Positions 49,401-58,829 of a stretch of DNA of 64,000 nucleotides are shown piece by piece. Made by a program: the position numbers and the translations under genes. The notes below the pieces were generated by a model. The model was not told where the DNA came from and searched no databases. It saw only the letters and a list, made by a program, of their open reading frames with translations. The first letter of the stretch is position 1, and each line of letters opens with the position of its first letter. The DNA is from Acidimicrobiales bacterium. Lineage in GTDB: Bacteria; Actinomycetota; Acidimicrobiia; Acidimicrobiales; CATQHL01. The DNA lies in the NCBI GenBank assembly GCA_965242895.1, contig OZ251507.1, positions 2,592,286 through 2,656,285 on the forward strand, in the 5' to 3' direction.

Positions 49401-51529
49401 TGCGTCGGGGATGGCTTCGAGCCTCGCCCGGCGAACCCCGTCGAGCCTCGCCCGCCCGCCGCCCCAAGAACCTCCTCGACCGCTCGGCTCACCGCCGCGC
49501 CCACGATGCGGTGTTCAGCGACGTTGGCGTCTGCCTCCACCGGCACTTCGACGACGGCGATCCCGCCGCCGGCGATGCTCTCGGCGAGGGCGTGCTTCAA
49601 CTCATCGGCGGTGTGCGCCAACCTATGACGGACTCCCATCCCAGTCAGAAGCCGAGCGAGGTCGACGTCGTGGGGGGTGTGAAAATACTGCCGGAACTCA
49701 TCAGGGGGCACGGCGCCGGAGATCGGCAAAAAGGAGAACACGCCGCCGCCGTTGTTGTTCGGCACGACGATGGTCAGGTCGATCCCCATTTTGACCCCCC
49801 TCAGCAGTCCACCGACGTCGTGCAGCAGGGCTAGGTCGCCGGCGTAGAGGATCACGGGGTGTTCGCTGCCCGCCGCCGTTCCCAGGGCTGCCGAAACCAC
49901 TCCGTCGATCCCGCTCACGCCTCTCTGCGCAGTCACTCGAAGGGGAAGAGGGCGGGGGGCGAGGAAGGCGTCCAGATCGCGCACGGGCATGCTGTTGGAG
50001 ACATACAAAGTGGCGTGTGCGGGGAGCGCTTCCCCCAGCGTGCGGGCGACGCCGGCTTCGAGCAGGGGGTCGGTTTGGACACTCTCGGCAATAGCGGCAA
50101 GGGCGGCGCTCTCGGCCTGCTGCCAGTCGGCTAGCCAGCCGGCGGGAGCGCCGCTGCGGGCGCCGTCTTCCGCGGAGGGCAGTCTTTCCCATCCCGAGAT
50201 CGTGAGAGATTCGACGACGGCGGCGCACAGCGGGCCTTCCCCGCTTGCGAAAGTGCGGTCGGGAAACGTCTCCGGTTCTTCCCAGCGGCTAGACGGGTCT
50301 ACGAGGAGGTTGAGGGAGGAAAAACTCGCCAGTCCCTCGCGCAGGGTGCGGGTGGTCGGCGGATGACCGATTCTCAGAATCACTTCCGGCTCGCGGGTGC
50401 TCCAGAATGACTTCACAGCGGCAAGGTGGGTGCCTGTTGTCAGCACGACGCTGCGGGTTCGCTCGTCGAGTTGTGAGGCGTCTTGCGGTTCGTTTGGTTG
50501 TGGGTCGTCTTGCGACTCGTTCGGATGTGGGGCGTCGACTTGCGGCTCGTCTGGTTGTGAGTTGGCATGGCTGCCAGACTGCTGTCCGCTGGGACGAAAG
50601 CGCAAATTGCTGGCTGCGTCTGCCAGCACCGGCCAGCCCGCAAGGGCGGCCATCTCGATGATCCGATCGGCAGCCTCTGGGGGGAAGTCACTCGGCCCCA
50701 CTGCCAGCAGCCCACGCTCGCATTCCCGAATGATCGCTGCCAGTTCCTCGACTTCGATGCCGATGGCCGGAGGAGCCGGAGGAGCCGGAGGAGATGGCCG
50801 CTGCCAGCGGCTGCCCAGTTCGACGGGGGCTTCGCCCGGAGCTCGCCGGCGCCCGAGGTCGGACGAATGTGCTTCGGGTCTCTCTTGCACCTCGGACGTC
50901 TCGACGAATTCCAGCGGGTCGGGTGCGTGCCGCGCTCGGGGCTCCAGCGGCTCCCTGAACGGGAAGTTCAGGTGGACAGGTCCGGGTCGCCCGCCGGACG
51001 CTTCGGCGAAAGCTCGCCTGGCTGCGTATCGAGCGTGCAGGGCAGGAACTTCACTGGGTACGGGCAACTCGGCGAACCATCTCACGTGGCTGCCGTAGAG
51101 GCGTATCTGGTCGATGGTCTGGCCTGCGCCTCTGTCTCGCAATTCGGGCGGCCGGTCGGCTGTGAGAATCAGCAGGGCCGCTCCGTCGTAGTAAGCCTCC
51201 ACCACGGCGGGGAAGTAGTTGGCGGCGGCGCTGCCGGAGGTGCAGATGAGCGCCGCTGCGCCGCGTATCTGCTTGGCCAAGCCGAGCGCAAAGAAGCCGC
51301 CGGAGCGTTCGTCGTGATGTATCAGAACCTGCAGACCGGCGGAGTGCGCCGAGATCACCAGCGGGGCGGAGCGCGCCCCGGGCGAGCAGACCACGTGGCG
51401 GAGCCCGTTGCGGGCCAGTTCCGTGAAGAACTCGCGGCAATAGTCGTAGGCAGGGTCTTGCGGTCTGTCCGCAGGGACGGGAGCGGGAGCGGGTGCTGCG
51501 GGCAAGGGGCTCGGCTTTCCGTCGGTCAT
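49397..51529 (-). CDS. menD: 2-succinyl-5-enolpyruvyl-6-hydroxy-3-cyclohexene-1-carboxylate (SEPHCHC) synthase
   Basis: The ThDP-enzyme N-terminus is FFTELARNGLRHVVCSPGARSAPLVI...DERSGGFFALGLAK. The C-terminal ThDP motif region is GVSGIDGVVSAALG...NNNGGGVFSFLP. Confidence 0.85.
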   Translation of the reverse strand: MTDGKPSPLPAAPAPAPVPADRPQDPAYDYCREFFTELARNGLRHVVCSPGARSAPLVISAHSAGLQVLIHHDERSGGFFALGLAKQIRGAAALICTSGSAAANYFPAVVEAYYDGAALLILTADRPPELRDRGAGQTIDQIRLYGSHVRWFAELPVPSEVPALHARYAARRAFAEASGGRPGPVHLNFPFREPLEPRARHAPDPLEFVETSEVQERPEAHSSDLGRRRAPGEAPVELGSRWQRPSPPAPPAPPAIGIEVEELAAIIRECERGLLAVGPSDFPPEAADRIIEMAALAGWPVLADAASNLRFRPSGQQSGSHANSQPDEPQVDAPHPNESQDDPQPNEPQDASQLDERTRSVVLTTGTHLAAVKSFWSTREPEVILRIGHPPTTRTLREGLASFSSLNLLVDPSSRWEEPETFPDRTFASGEGPLCAAVVESLTISGWERLPSAEDGARSGAPAGWLADWQQAESAALAAIAESVQTDPLLEAGVARTLGEALPAHATLYVSNSMPVRDLDAFLAPRPLPLRVTAQRGVSGIDGVVSAALGTAAGSEHPVILYAGDLALLHDVGGLLRGVKMGIDLTIVVPNNNGGGVFSFLPISGAVPPDEFRQYFHTPHDVDLARLLTGMGVRHRLAHTADELKHALAESIAGGGIAVVEVPVEADANVAEHRIVGAAVSRAVEEVLGAAGGRGSTGFAGRGSKPSPTH

Positions 51530-51644
51530 CGGTTCGTCGGGGTGTCGGGGTGTCGTTCGTCGGTTCGTCGGGGTGCCAGTCCGTCAGGTCGTCAGTCGTC
51601 GGGGTGCCAGTCCGTCGGTTCGCCAGTCGCAGTCCGGCAGGCCG

Positions 51645-53384
51645 TCAGTCCGTCGGGTCGAGCACTGAGAGCATCGCGCCCAGTTTGGTGAGGGTCTCGG
51701 CCAACTCACCCTCCGGGGTGGAGCCTTCCATCACGCCGGCGCCCGCGAAGACGGCCATCTCCGCCGAGTGCTCCCGCAGCAGCCCGCAGCGCAGCGCCAA
51801 GGCGAGTTCGCCGTTGCCCTGCAGGTCGCAGTAGCCCAGAGGGGATGCGAACCATCCTCGCTGGAAGGTCTCCTCGGATCGGAGAAAGTCCAGGGCGGGC
51901 GGCGTCGGCAGACCCCCCACTGCAGGGGTGGGGTGGAGGAGTGCGGCCAGCCGCCAGAGTTCGCCTGGGGGAGTGTCGACCGCCCCTCGCAGAGAAGTGT
52001 GCAGGTGATGGATGCCCGGCAGCGAGTTGACGGAGGGCTCGCCCAGAGGATCGACGAACGACACGCCGGCGGAGCGAAGACGAGCGTAGAGGTGATCTAC
52101 CACTGCGGCGTGCTCGGCGCGTTCCTTGGGGTTGGCGAGCAGTTCTGCCGCCAAGCGCCCGTCGGCTGCGGGGTCGTTGCTGCGCGGGCGTGAGCCGGCG
52201 AGAGCGGCGGTGTGCAGCATCCCATTCTCCGTGTGCAGCAGCAACTCCGGCGTGGAGCCCAGGAAGGTGCTGGGGCCTCTGCCTATGGCGAAGGTGGCTG
52301 CGATCTCGAAGCGTTCCGAAAGGCGGAGGAGCAACTCCCGCACCAGGGCGGGGTGAGCCCCTTCGCTCAGCTTCACCGAGGCGCGCCGGGCGGCGACCGC
52401 CTTGTGGAGGTTGCCGGCGGCTAGTTGTGCGAGGGCGGAGCGGACGAGACGCCGGTAGGACTCCTCGAGTTCCCCAGAGGCGAGGAGTTGGCCGGATACG
52501 CCCACGCGTCGTTTCCCAATTCCGGCTGCCGCCTCTAGCAGAGCGCGGGCTTCGGACTTTGCTGCGGAGAGTTCGACCTCGGTGCATTCCTCCTGCAGGA
52601 TCAGGCTCCAGCGAAACCCGTTTCCGCGGTCGATTCCTAGGATTTTCGGCAGCACCAGGCAGCCGCTGGGGAAGTCCTGCCAGTCGCTGGGGCAGTCCTG
52701 CCAGTCTTGGCGGTCTCTGGGGAAGTCTTGCCAGTCTTGGCGGTTCGCAGTGTTCGAGGGTTTCGCAGGGATGTGCGCCCTTTGCGGCGAGCCGGCGGCT
52801 TGGCCGGCGGGTGAGGTGGGGACTGGGTCGGTGGGTGAGGTGGGGGCTGGGTCGGCGGGTGAGGTGGGGGCTTGGCCGGTGGGTGAGGTGGGGGCTTGGC
52901 CGGCGGCGGGAGCGTAGAAGCTGAACCCCCCGTAGAGCCAAGGAGTCGTAGTAGGTGGACTGGAAGCCGCAGATTCCGGCGGTTCCGAACCACGGGCGGG
53001 TTTCAGGGTGCTCGAACTCGTCTCGGAGAAGGCGGGCGGATTCGTTTCTGGAGGCTCTGAACGGGCGGGTCGCAGGGCTGCGACGGCTTGACGGAAGGCC
53101 GATTCGAAATGCGCCGGGCCGGACGGACGCCACTCCCTGGCGGCTCCGACTCCTACGAGCGTGAGACCTTTCCGGGGCTGCATCCACAGGAAACGCGGCT
53201 GCCGTCCGGCGGCAGCGAGCACCGCCGCTCCGTCCACCGAGGCGGTGAGGTCGGTCAGTTCGTGACATTCGTAGCGGGGGAGAACAGGACGGAGTTGGCT
53301 GCCGTCGGGCGGCCCTTCGGGAGTTTCCCCTGCGGCGTTTGCGGCCAGAGGCGCGTCATCGGACGCCTGCTTGATGGGTTTCAC
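51645..53384 (-). CDS. menF: Isochorismate synthase
   Basis: The chorismate-binding C-terminal half includes LHPTPAVGGLP, RGWFASPLGY and FAGAGVMEGSTPEGE. The N-terminal half carries PTSP and WQDFP repeat insertions. Confidence 0.8.
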   Translation of the reverse strand: MKPIKQASDDAPLAANAAGETPEGPPDGSQLRPVLPRYECHELTDLTASVDGAAVLAAAGRQPRFLWMQPRKGLTLVGVGAAREWRPSGPAHFESAFRQAVAALRPARSEPPETNPPAFSETSSSTLKPARGSEPPESAASSPPTTTPWLYGGFSFYAPAAGQAPTSPTGQAPTSPADPAPTSPTDPVPTSPAGQAAGSPQRAHIPAKPSNTANRQDWQDFPRDRQDWQDCPSDWQDFPSGCLVLPKILGIDRGNGFRWSLILQEECTEVELSAAKSEARALLEAAAGIGKRRVGVSGQLLASGELEESYRRLVRSALAQLAAGNLHKAVAARRASVKLSEGAHPALVRELLLRLSERFEIAATFAIGRGPSTFLGSTPELLLHTENGMLHTAALAGSRPRSNDPAADGRLAAELLANPKERAEHAAVVDHLYARLRSAGVSFVDPLGEPSVNSLPGIHHLHTSLRGAVDTPPGELWRLAALLHPTPAVGGLPTPPALDFLRSEETFQRGWFASPLGYCDLQGNGELALALRCGLLREHSAEMAVFAGAGVMEGSTPEGELAETLTKLGAMLSVLDPTD

Positions 53385-54178
53385 GACGACTTTGGCGGGT
53401 CGGGCGGGGCGGGCGGGGCGTCTTCTGCCGACTCTGGCGGGTCGGGCGGGGCGTCTTCTGGCGGGTCTGCCGACTCTGCCGACTCGGGCGGGGCGTCTTC
53501 TGCCAACTCTGGCGGCTCTGGTGGAGCGTCGCCGCCGCGGGCGCGCTCGCCGACTTGGCGGAGCAGGGTGAGGTGAAAATGAGTGGAGACCAACTGAGTG
53601 ACGTGCGGGAGTATGCGCTGCATGAGTGCAGCTAGATGCTCTCGTCCGTCCTCGGATGTGATCGTCGGGCGGAAGAGTTCGATGGCTTCGGAAACCGTGT
53701 TTTCTACGTGTCCGACGTGACGCAGGGCTAGGTCGACCAGGGCAGTTTGGTCGACCTTTTCCTCGAGCAGTGCGGCGGCCGCACGGAGCATCTCGATTGC
53801 CGTGCGGGGGTAGGAGTGGTCGTCCCCTCCGATCGGGTGAAGGAGGCCGAGTTCGACGGCGAGGTCAATCAACTCGGCGGAAAGCCCGGAGGCCTCGATC
53901 AGGTCTTGTTTGGTGATGCTCTCACCGCCTCCTGCCCGTTCGATCAGGATGGCGGCTAGGGGGTCGTCCCCGGACAGGATGGAGCCGATTTGTTTCAGGG
54001 AAAAGCCCAGGTCGGCCAGCCGGCGTATCTCGCGCAGGCGGAGTAGGTGCTGCTCTTCGTAGACCCCGATGCGCCCTTGACGACTCGGCGGCGGCAGGAG
54101 ACCTAGGAGTTGGTAGTAGCGGATGGTTGCGACGCTCAACTCGGAGGAGACAGCGAGTTCCTCAACCCGATAGGGCAT
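53381..54178 (-). CDS. MerR-family transcriptional regulator
   Basis: MPYRVEELAVSSELSVATIRYYQLLGLLPPP...YEEQHLLRLREIRRLADLGFSLKQI. The stop overlaps the menF start by 4 nt, so it is probably co-transcribed with menF-menD-menC. Confidence 0.8.
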   Translation of the reverse strand: MPYRVEELAVSSELSVATIRYYQLLGLLPPPSRQGRIGVYEEQHLLRLREIRRLADLGFSLKQIGSILSGDDPLAAILIERAGGGESITKQDLIEASGLSAELIDLAVELGLLHPIGGDDHSYPRTAIEMLRAAAALLEEKVDQTALVDLALRHVGHVENTVSEAIELFRPTITSEDGREHLAALMQRILPHVTQLVSTHFHLTLLRQVGERARGGDAPPEPPELAEDAPPESAESADPPEDAPPDPPESAEDAPPAPPDPPKSS

Positions 54179-54596
54179 GGGCTGATTTTATAGCTCTGTG
54201 AGAGTGTTTTCTATGAGAGTTATTGCTATGAAGATTTTACTGGAACGAGAGAGAGGGGAGAGGGGGGAATTTGGAGGTAAAGACAGGGGACAGCGGGAAG
54301 ATGGGGGAGCGGAGCGACGGGGAACGGGAGCGGATGCCGAGGCGGGGAGGGAACGGGAACGGGAGCGGAGCGGGGGAGCGGGGTCAAGAACCTGGGGGCG
54401 GGGTGTCAGGAACCTGGAGAGGGGCGAGGAAGCAAGTCAAGCGCTGGGAACGTCAAGCGCCGATAACCCCGTGAAACAACTAGAAAGAGAAGCGCCTTGA
54501 GTTAAAATTCGTGAAGAAGTCTTCTAGCTCCCACAAATCAACCAGGTCTGAAACCGATCGGTCGAGCGGAAATCCGTTAGGACAGCCAAGCCGCCG

Positions 54597-55952
54597 GTGT
54601 TGCCGACCCCGTCTCGAGTCGCAGATTCGAGCGCCGACGGCCTAAGACCCCTAAACCCAAACGAATCGCCGAACTTGTTAAACGACGCCATTCCGAGCAG
54701 TTCGCAGAAACGCTCCTTCAGTACGCGCCGGCGCTCCTTCAGTACGCGCCGTGCCTCGTGCCGCCTACTCGCTGTCCTGGCCGTGTTCGCCTCGACTGCC
54801 GGCGTCTTAGCCGCACCCGCTTCGCCTGCCATTTCGCAGGAGAACATCTCCGAAGCGAGGGAAGACCTAGACAGGGTCAAGGAGGAGAAACTCAGGCTGC
54901 AGGCTCGGATCGACCTGATTGACGCCGAGGACATTGACGTCCTGGCGGCGCTGAACGCAGCTCAGGAGCTAGTCGACCGCCAAGAAGCCAAGGTGTCGGC
55001 CGTCCGTCAAGAACTCCGCACCACGACCGCCCAGATGCGTCAAAAGGAGATTTCGCAGCAGTACGCGCAGATGGACATTGCGGATATCCGAGAAGAGGTC
55101 AAAGAGTTGGTGGTGGAGTCCTACTTGCGCAACGAGGCTCAAAGCGTCGAGGCGCTGCTGGGCACCGACGACATTACGCAGGGTCTGCGGCGGCTGGCCT
55201 TGTTGAACATCGTTCAGTCGAACACCAACGACCTGATGGATCAGGTCCGCCTCAAGGAGGATGAGCACTCCGAAGCCGCCTTGGAGTTTTCGGAGACTTT
55301 GCGGGAAGTGCAGCAGCTAGAGGCGGAGCTGGCGGCGGACTTGGCGGTTCTAGAGACGCAGCGTCAGGAGCAGTTGCTCATCAAAGTGGAGCTGGACGTA
55401 CGTCGGCGCAAGCTGCAGCGAGAGTACGCAAACTGGGATCAGGAAGCACGCAGACTCGGAGATTTCATCCGCCAGGAGATCTACGAGGAGGAAGTTCGCA
55501 GGCAGCAGGAGGAGCTTAGAAGGCGAGCCCAGGAACTTGGTGTGCTGGCCACGGCTGAGACTGCTGCCCTGGGCTTTCTCTGGCCGACGGCGGGATACGT
55601 GACGTCTGGATACGGAAGCCGGCTGCATCCGATACTGGGAATCGTCAGGCTTCACGCTGGGATAGACCTCGGCAGTGTTCTGGGTCAGGGTATCTACGCA
55701 AGCAAGTCAGGGGTGGTCATCCGTGCGGAGTGGGTGGGAGGTTACGGAAACACCGTGGTCATCGATCACGGAGCGGGTTTTTCTACCCTCTACGGCCACC
55801 TGCACGCTTACAGCGTCAAGCTGGGGGATTTCGTGCAGGCTGGCCAAGAGGTGGGGAAACTGGGTTCCACGGGACTCTCCACCGGCCCGCACCTGCATTT
55901 CGAGATACGGGTCAACGGCATAGCGGAAGATCCGCTCAAGTACCTGTCTTGA
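54597..55952 (+). CDS. Secreted M23-family peptidase with long coiled-coil N-terminal region
   Basis: The C-terminal LytM domain is GYGSRLHPILGIVRLHAGIDL...GNTVVIDHGAGFSTLYGHL...GSTGLSTGPHLHFEIRVNG. Signal-like segment LLAVLAVFASTAGVLAAPASP. The start codon is uncertain. Confidence 0.8.
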   Translation: MLPTPSRVADSSADGLRPLNPNESPNLLNDAIPSSSQKRSFSTRRRSFSTRRASCRLLAVLAVFASTAGVLAAPASPAISQENISEAREDLDRVKEEKLRLQARIDLIDAEDIDVLAALNAAQELVDRQEAKVSAVRQELRTTTAQMRQKEISQQYAQMDIADIREEVKELVVESYLRNEAQSVEALLGTDDITQGLRRLALLNIVQSNTNDLMDQVRLKEDEHSEAALEFSETLREVQQLEAELAADLAVLETQRQEQLLIKVELDVRRRKLQREYANWDQEARRLGDFIRQEIYEEEVRRQQEELRRRAQELGVLATAETAALGFLWPTAGYVTSGYGSRLHPILGIVRLHAGIDLGSVLGQGIYASKSGVVIRAEWVGGYGNTVVIDHGAGFSTLYGHLHAYSVKLGDFVQAGQEVGKLGSTGLSTGPHLHFEIRVNGIAEDPLKYLS

Positions 55953-56040
55953 CGCTCTTGACGCCCCTAGCCGCATGGGGACGCTGCGGGCGTTGACTGC
56001 GGCTGAGAGAGGCGGGACAGCCTCAGGCCGGATCGAAGCG

Positions 56041-56148
56041 GTGATCGGGTGAGGACTTACTCCAGCACTGCGCTCCGAGTTCAGTGATGAGATTGACGCC
56101 GCCGTTTCAGGAGTGATCGGGTGAGGACTTACTCCAGCACTGCGCTCC
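56041..56148. repeat. Exact 36-bp direct repeat, 72 bp apart, duplicating the pncB start region
   Basis: GTGATCGGGTGAGGACTTACTCCAGCACTGCGCTCC occurs at 56041-56076 and 56113-56148. The upstream copy opens a 12-codon uORF (56049-56087, VRTYSSTALRVQ) that mimics the pncB N-terminus MRTYSSTALLTDQ. Confidence 0.95.
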
Positions 56149-57449
56149 TGACCGACCAGTACGAACTGACGATGCTGGATGCCGCCCTGCGCTCAGGGGC
56201 GGCAGATCTCCCTGCCACTTTTGAGGTGTTCTGCAGGCGTCTGCCGCCCGGGCGGCGCTTCGGGGTGGTGGCGGGCACAGGGCGGCTGCTGGCCGAAGTG
56301 GAGAGGTTTCGTTTCACCAAAGACGAACTCGAACACCTCGAGCGCATGAGCATCGTCACTCCGCCCGCTCTTGAGAAGTTGGCGGACTTCGCCTTTAGCG
56401 GCAGTATCTCCGGTTACCGGGAGGGAGAGATATTCCTTCCGGGTTCGCCCATACTGACCGTCACTAGCACGTTCGCAGAGGCCGTGCTGCTCGAGACCTT
56501 GACGCTTTCGGTGCTCAACTACGACTCCTCGGTGGCGGCTGCTGCGGCGCGCATGAAGATCGCCGCCGGAGAGCGCACCCTCCTAGAAGGCGGCGGGCGG
56601 CGCGCCCACGAGAGGGCAGCCCCGGTTGCTGCCAGGGCCGCTTACATCTGCGGCTTCGACGCCACCTCCAACTTGGAGGCCGGACGCCTCTTCGGAGTGC
56701 CCACTGGAGGAACCATCGGGCACGCTTTCATCCTGGCGCACGGATCGGAGGAAGCAGCCATGCGCGCCCAGTTCGACCTGCTAGGGGCGAACAGCACCTA
56801 CCTCGTGGACACTTACGAAACCGCTGGGGGAGTGCGGCGGGCGGTAAATGCGGCGGGCTCCGAACTCGCTGCCATCCGAATCGACTCGGGCGACCTTGCC
56901 GCAGAGACCCTCAGGGCGCGGGCGCTGCTGGATGAGATGGGGGCTGCTCAGACCCGCATCGTGCTGTCGGGCGACCTCGACGAGTTCGACATAGCCGCTG
57001 CGGCGGACGTTCCTGCCGACGGCTACCTCGTGGGCACAGAACTGGTGGTCGGCGCCGGTGCGCCCACCGCCGGACTCGTCTACAAACTCGTGGAGATAGA
57101 CGGACGGCCGGTGCATAAGCATTCGATGGCCAAGTCGTGGCGGCCTGGGCGCAAGCGGGCGTTTCGAGCCTTGGACGAGGAAGGGACGGCCACCTCGGAG
57201 GTGCTGATGCTCGACGACTCCTCGCCGCCGGAGCGGTCGCGGCGGCTGCAGGTCTCCTTCATGGAGGAGGGCGGTCTGCTCGGTCTGAGCGGTTTGAGCG
57301 GTGATGGGCAAGCCGACCCTGGCGGGGCGGAGGCGGTAAGGGCCGCCCGCGAGCACCACCGGCAGGCGCTTTCGGAGTTACCTAGGCATGCGCTGGAACT
57401 CGCTGCGGGCGAGCCGTGCCTAGACGTCAAAGTAGGCTCGGGGCGGTGA
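56121..57449 (+). CDS. pncB: Nicotinate phosphoribosyltransferase
   Basis: ALLTDQYELTMLDAAL, GGGRRAHE and GTIGHAFILAH are family-typical. It is adjacent to the nicotinamidase gene. Confidence 0.85.
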   Translation: MRTYSSTALLTDQYELTMLDAALRSGAADLPATFEVFCRRLPPGRRFGVVAGTGRLLAEVERFRFTKDELEHLERMSIVTPPALEKLADFAFSGSISGYREGEIFLPGSPILTVTSTFAEAVLLETLTLSVLNYDSSVAAAAARMKIAAGERTLLEGGGRRAHERAAPVAARAAYICGFDATSNLEAGRLFGVPTGGTIGHAFILAHGSEEAAMRAQFDLLGANSTYLVDTYETAGGVRRAVNAAGSELAAIRIDSGDLAAETLRARALLDEMGAAQTRIVLSGDLDEFDIAAAADVPADGYLVGTELVVGAGAPTAGLVYKLVEIDGRPVHKHSMAKSWRPGRKRAFRALDEEGTATSEVLMLDDSSPPERSRRLQVSFMEEGGLLGLSGLSGDGQADPGGAEAVRAAREHHRQALSELPRHALELAAGEPCLDVKVGSGR

Positions 57450-57556
57450 GAGGGCAGGGCGGTGAGAATGCCGGTGAGAATGCCGGTGAGAATGCGGGGC
57501 GGAATGCGGGTCGGTGAGAGGCCTGAGAGTGAGAAGACCGGTGAGAGGGCGGGGCG

Positions 57557-58195
57557 GTGAGAATGCCGGCCGGAGGTGAGCCGGAAGTGAGCGGGGGAGC
57601 GTCGGGAGCGCCGCCCACTCGGCGGGCGTTGGTGATCGTGGACGTGCAGAACGACTTCTGCGACGTTCCGGGGGCCGCCTTGCCCGTTGAGGGAGGGGCG
57701 GCTCTGGCCGGACGCATCAGCGAGTTCATGCGCTCCGCTGCTGGTGACTACGTCTCGATTGCCGCCACGCGAGACTGGCACGTAGACCCGGGCGGCCACT
57801 TTTCCGAAGAACCGGATTTCGAGGAGAGTTGGCCGCCGCACTGCAGGGCGGGCGAACAGGGCGCCGAGTTTCACCCCGATTTAGACATGAACTTCGTGGA
57901 TGCAGTCTTTTCCAAGGGGAGGTTCTCGGCTGCCTATTCGGGCTTCGAGGGTCGAAGCGAGGAGGGTGCGACGCTAGAGGAATGGGCTAAGAGCCTTGGC
58001 ATCGAGTCCGTCGACGTGGCAGGAATCGCCACCGACTACTGCGTGCTAGCGACCGTCATGGACGCAGCGGCTCACGGGTTGAAGCCTCGTCTGCTCGTCG
58101 ACCTTTGCGCGGGGGTGACTCCAGCCTCGAGTTGGGTCGCCCTAGACAAGATGTCGAAGGTGGCCGAGTTCGTGCGTCTCGACCGTCTCGACTAG
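57557..58195 (+). CDS. pncA: Nicotinamidase / isochorismatase-family hydrolase
   Basis: ALVIVDVQNDFC, WPPHC and VAGIATDYCV (catalytic Cys context). Confidence 0.8.
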   Translation: MRMPAGGEPEVSGGASGAPPTRRALVIVDVQNDFCDVPGAALPVEGGAALAGRISEFMRSAAGDYVSIAATRDWHVDPGGHFSEEPDFEESWPPHCRAGEQGAEFHPDLDMNFVDAVFSKGRFSAAYSGFEGRSEEGATLEEWAKSLGIESVDVAGIATDYCVLATVMDAAAHGLKPRLLVDLCAGVTPASSWVALDKMSKVAEFVRLDRLD

Positions 58196-58206
58196 CGGAC
58201 TGAGCG

Positions 58207-58818
58207 CTAGCGGATCCTGCGGGCTGAACCCAGGAAGCCGCAGAGCTCTACCAACCCCTTCAGCAGGTCGCCGGCGGTCTGAAGAGGCGGCTTTTCCTCA
58301 CCGGGGACTTCGGGGTTGCGCAGCCGCAGTTCACGCACAGCAAAGCGCAGGCGGTGTTCGACCACGCTCATCAGCAGCATCGGATGCTGCGAGAGGTCAG
58401 GGAGGTGTTCGAGAACTTCGGTGAGTGCGCCCGAGTCGTAGAGCCGCACGGGGGATTCAAAATCCTGACGCCGTGAGCCTGTCATGAGACCGGCGAGGTG
58501 ATGCATCACGCGCGTGGAACCCGAGCGCCTGTCGCCAGTCACGATTCGGGCTCCGGCCTCGTAGTTTTCGAGCAGTCCCGAGACGTCGCTGCGGCTGAGG
58601 CGCACCTTGCCGGCTAGCAGCAGCACGAGTTCGGCTCCCGACATCAGAGCTTCGGAACAGGCGGTCTTGACGTCCCAGCGTTTCCCGGGGGGCGGTGGGA
58701 GAATGGTGTGCACCCTGCTGAAAGCTCCCACGGCGTCTTCGAGGATCGAAAGCTCGCCCTCCTCGGGCGTCTCGCACATTACGACGACTAGACTGCGCCG
58801 CGCTTCGGTTGGGGGCAT
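58207..58818 (-). CDS. Hypothetical protein (203 aa), family not recognised
   Basis: The ORF fills the gap between pncA and ribA and has GC-typical codon usage. No diagnostic motif was found. Confidence 0.4.
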   Translation of the reverse strand: MPPTEARRSLVVVMCETPEEGELSILEDAVGAFSRVHTILPPPPGKRWDVKTACSEALMSGAELVLLLAGKVRLSRSDVSGLLENYEAGARIVTGDRRSGSTRVMHHLAGLMTGSRRQDFESPVRLYDSGALTEVLEHLPDLSQHPMLLMSVVEHRLRFAVRELRLRNPEVPGEEKPPLQTAGDLLKGLVELCGFLGSARRIR

Positions 58819-58829
58819 GCCGTTTGACG

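Noticed and set aside
48001-49794. Very long ORFs antisense to or overlapping annotated genes. Examples: 48001-49794 (+, 597 aa), 51706-53268 (-, 520 aa), 61523-63031 (+, 502 aa), 34539-35516 (-, 325 aa), 39968-40852 (-, 294 aa).
   Set aside because: Their Arg/Pro/Gly/Ser-rich composition is typical of off-frame translation in high-GC DNA. Each is shadowed by a frame with clear family motifs (menC/menD, menF, DUF1015/hemolysin III, znuB).
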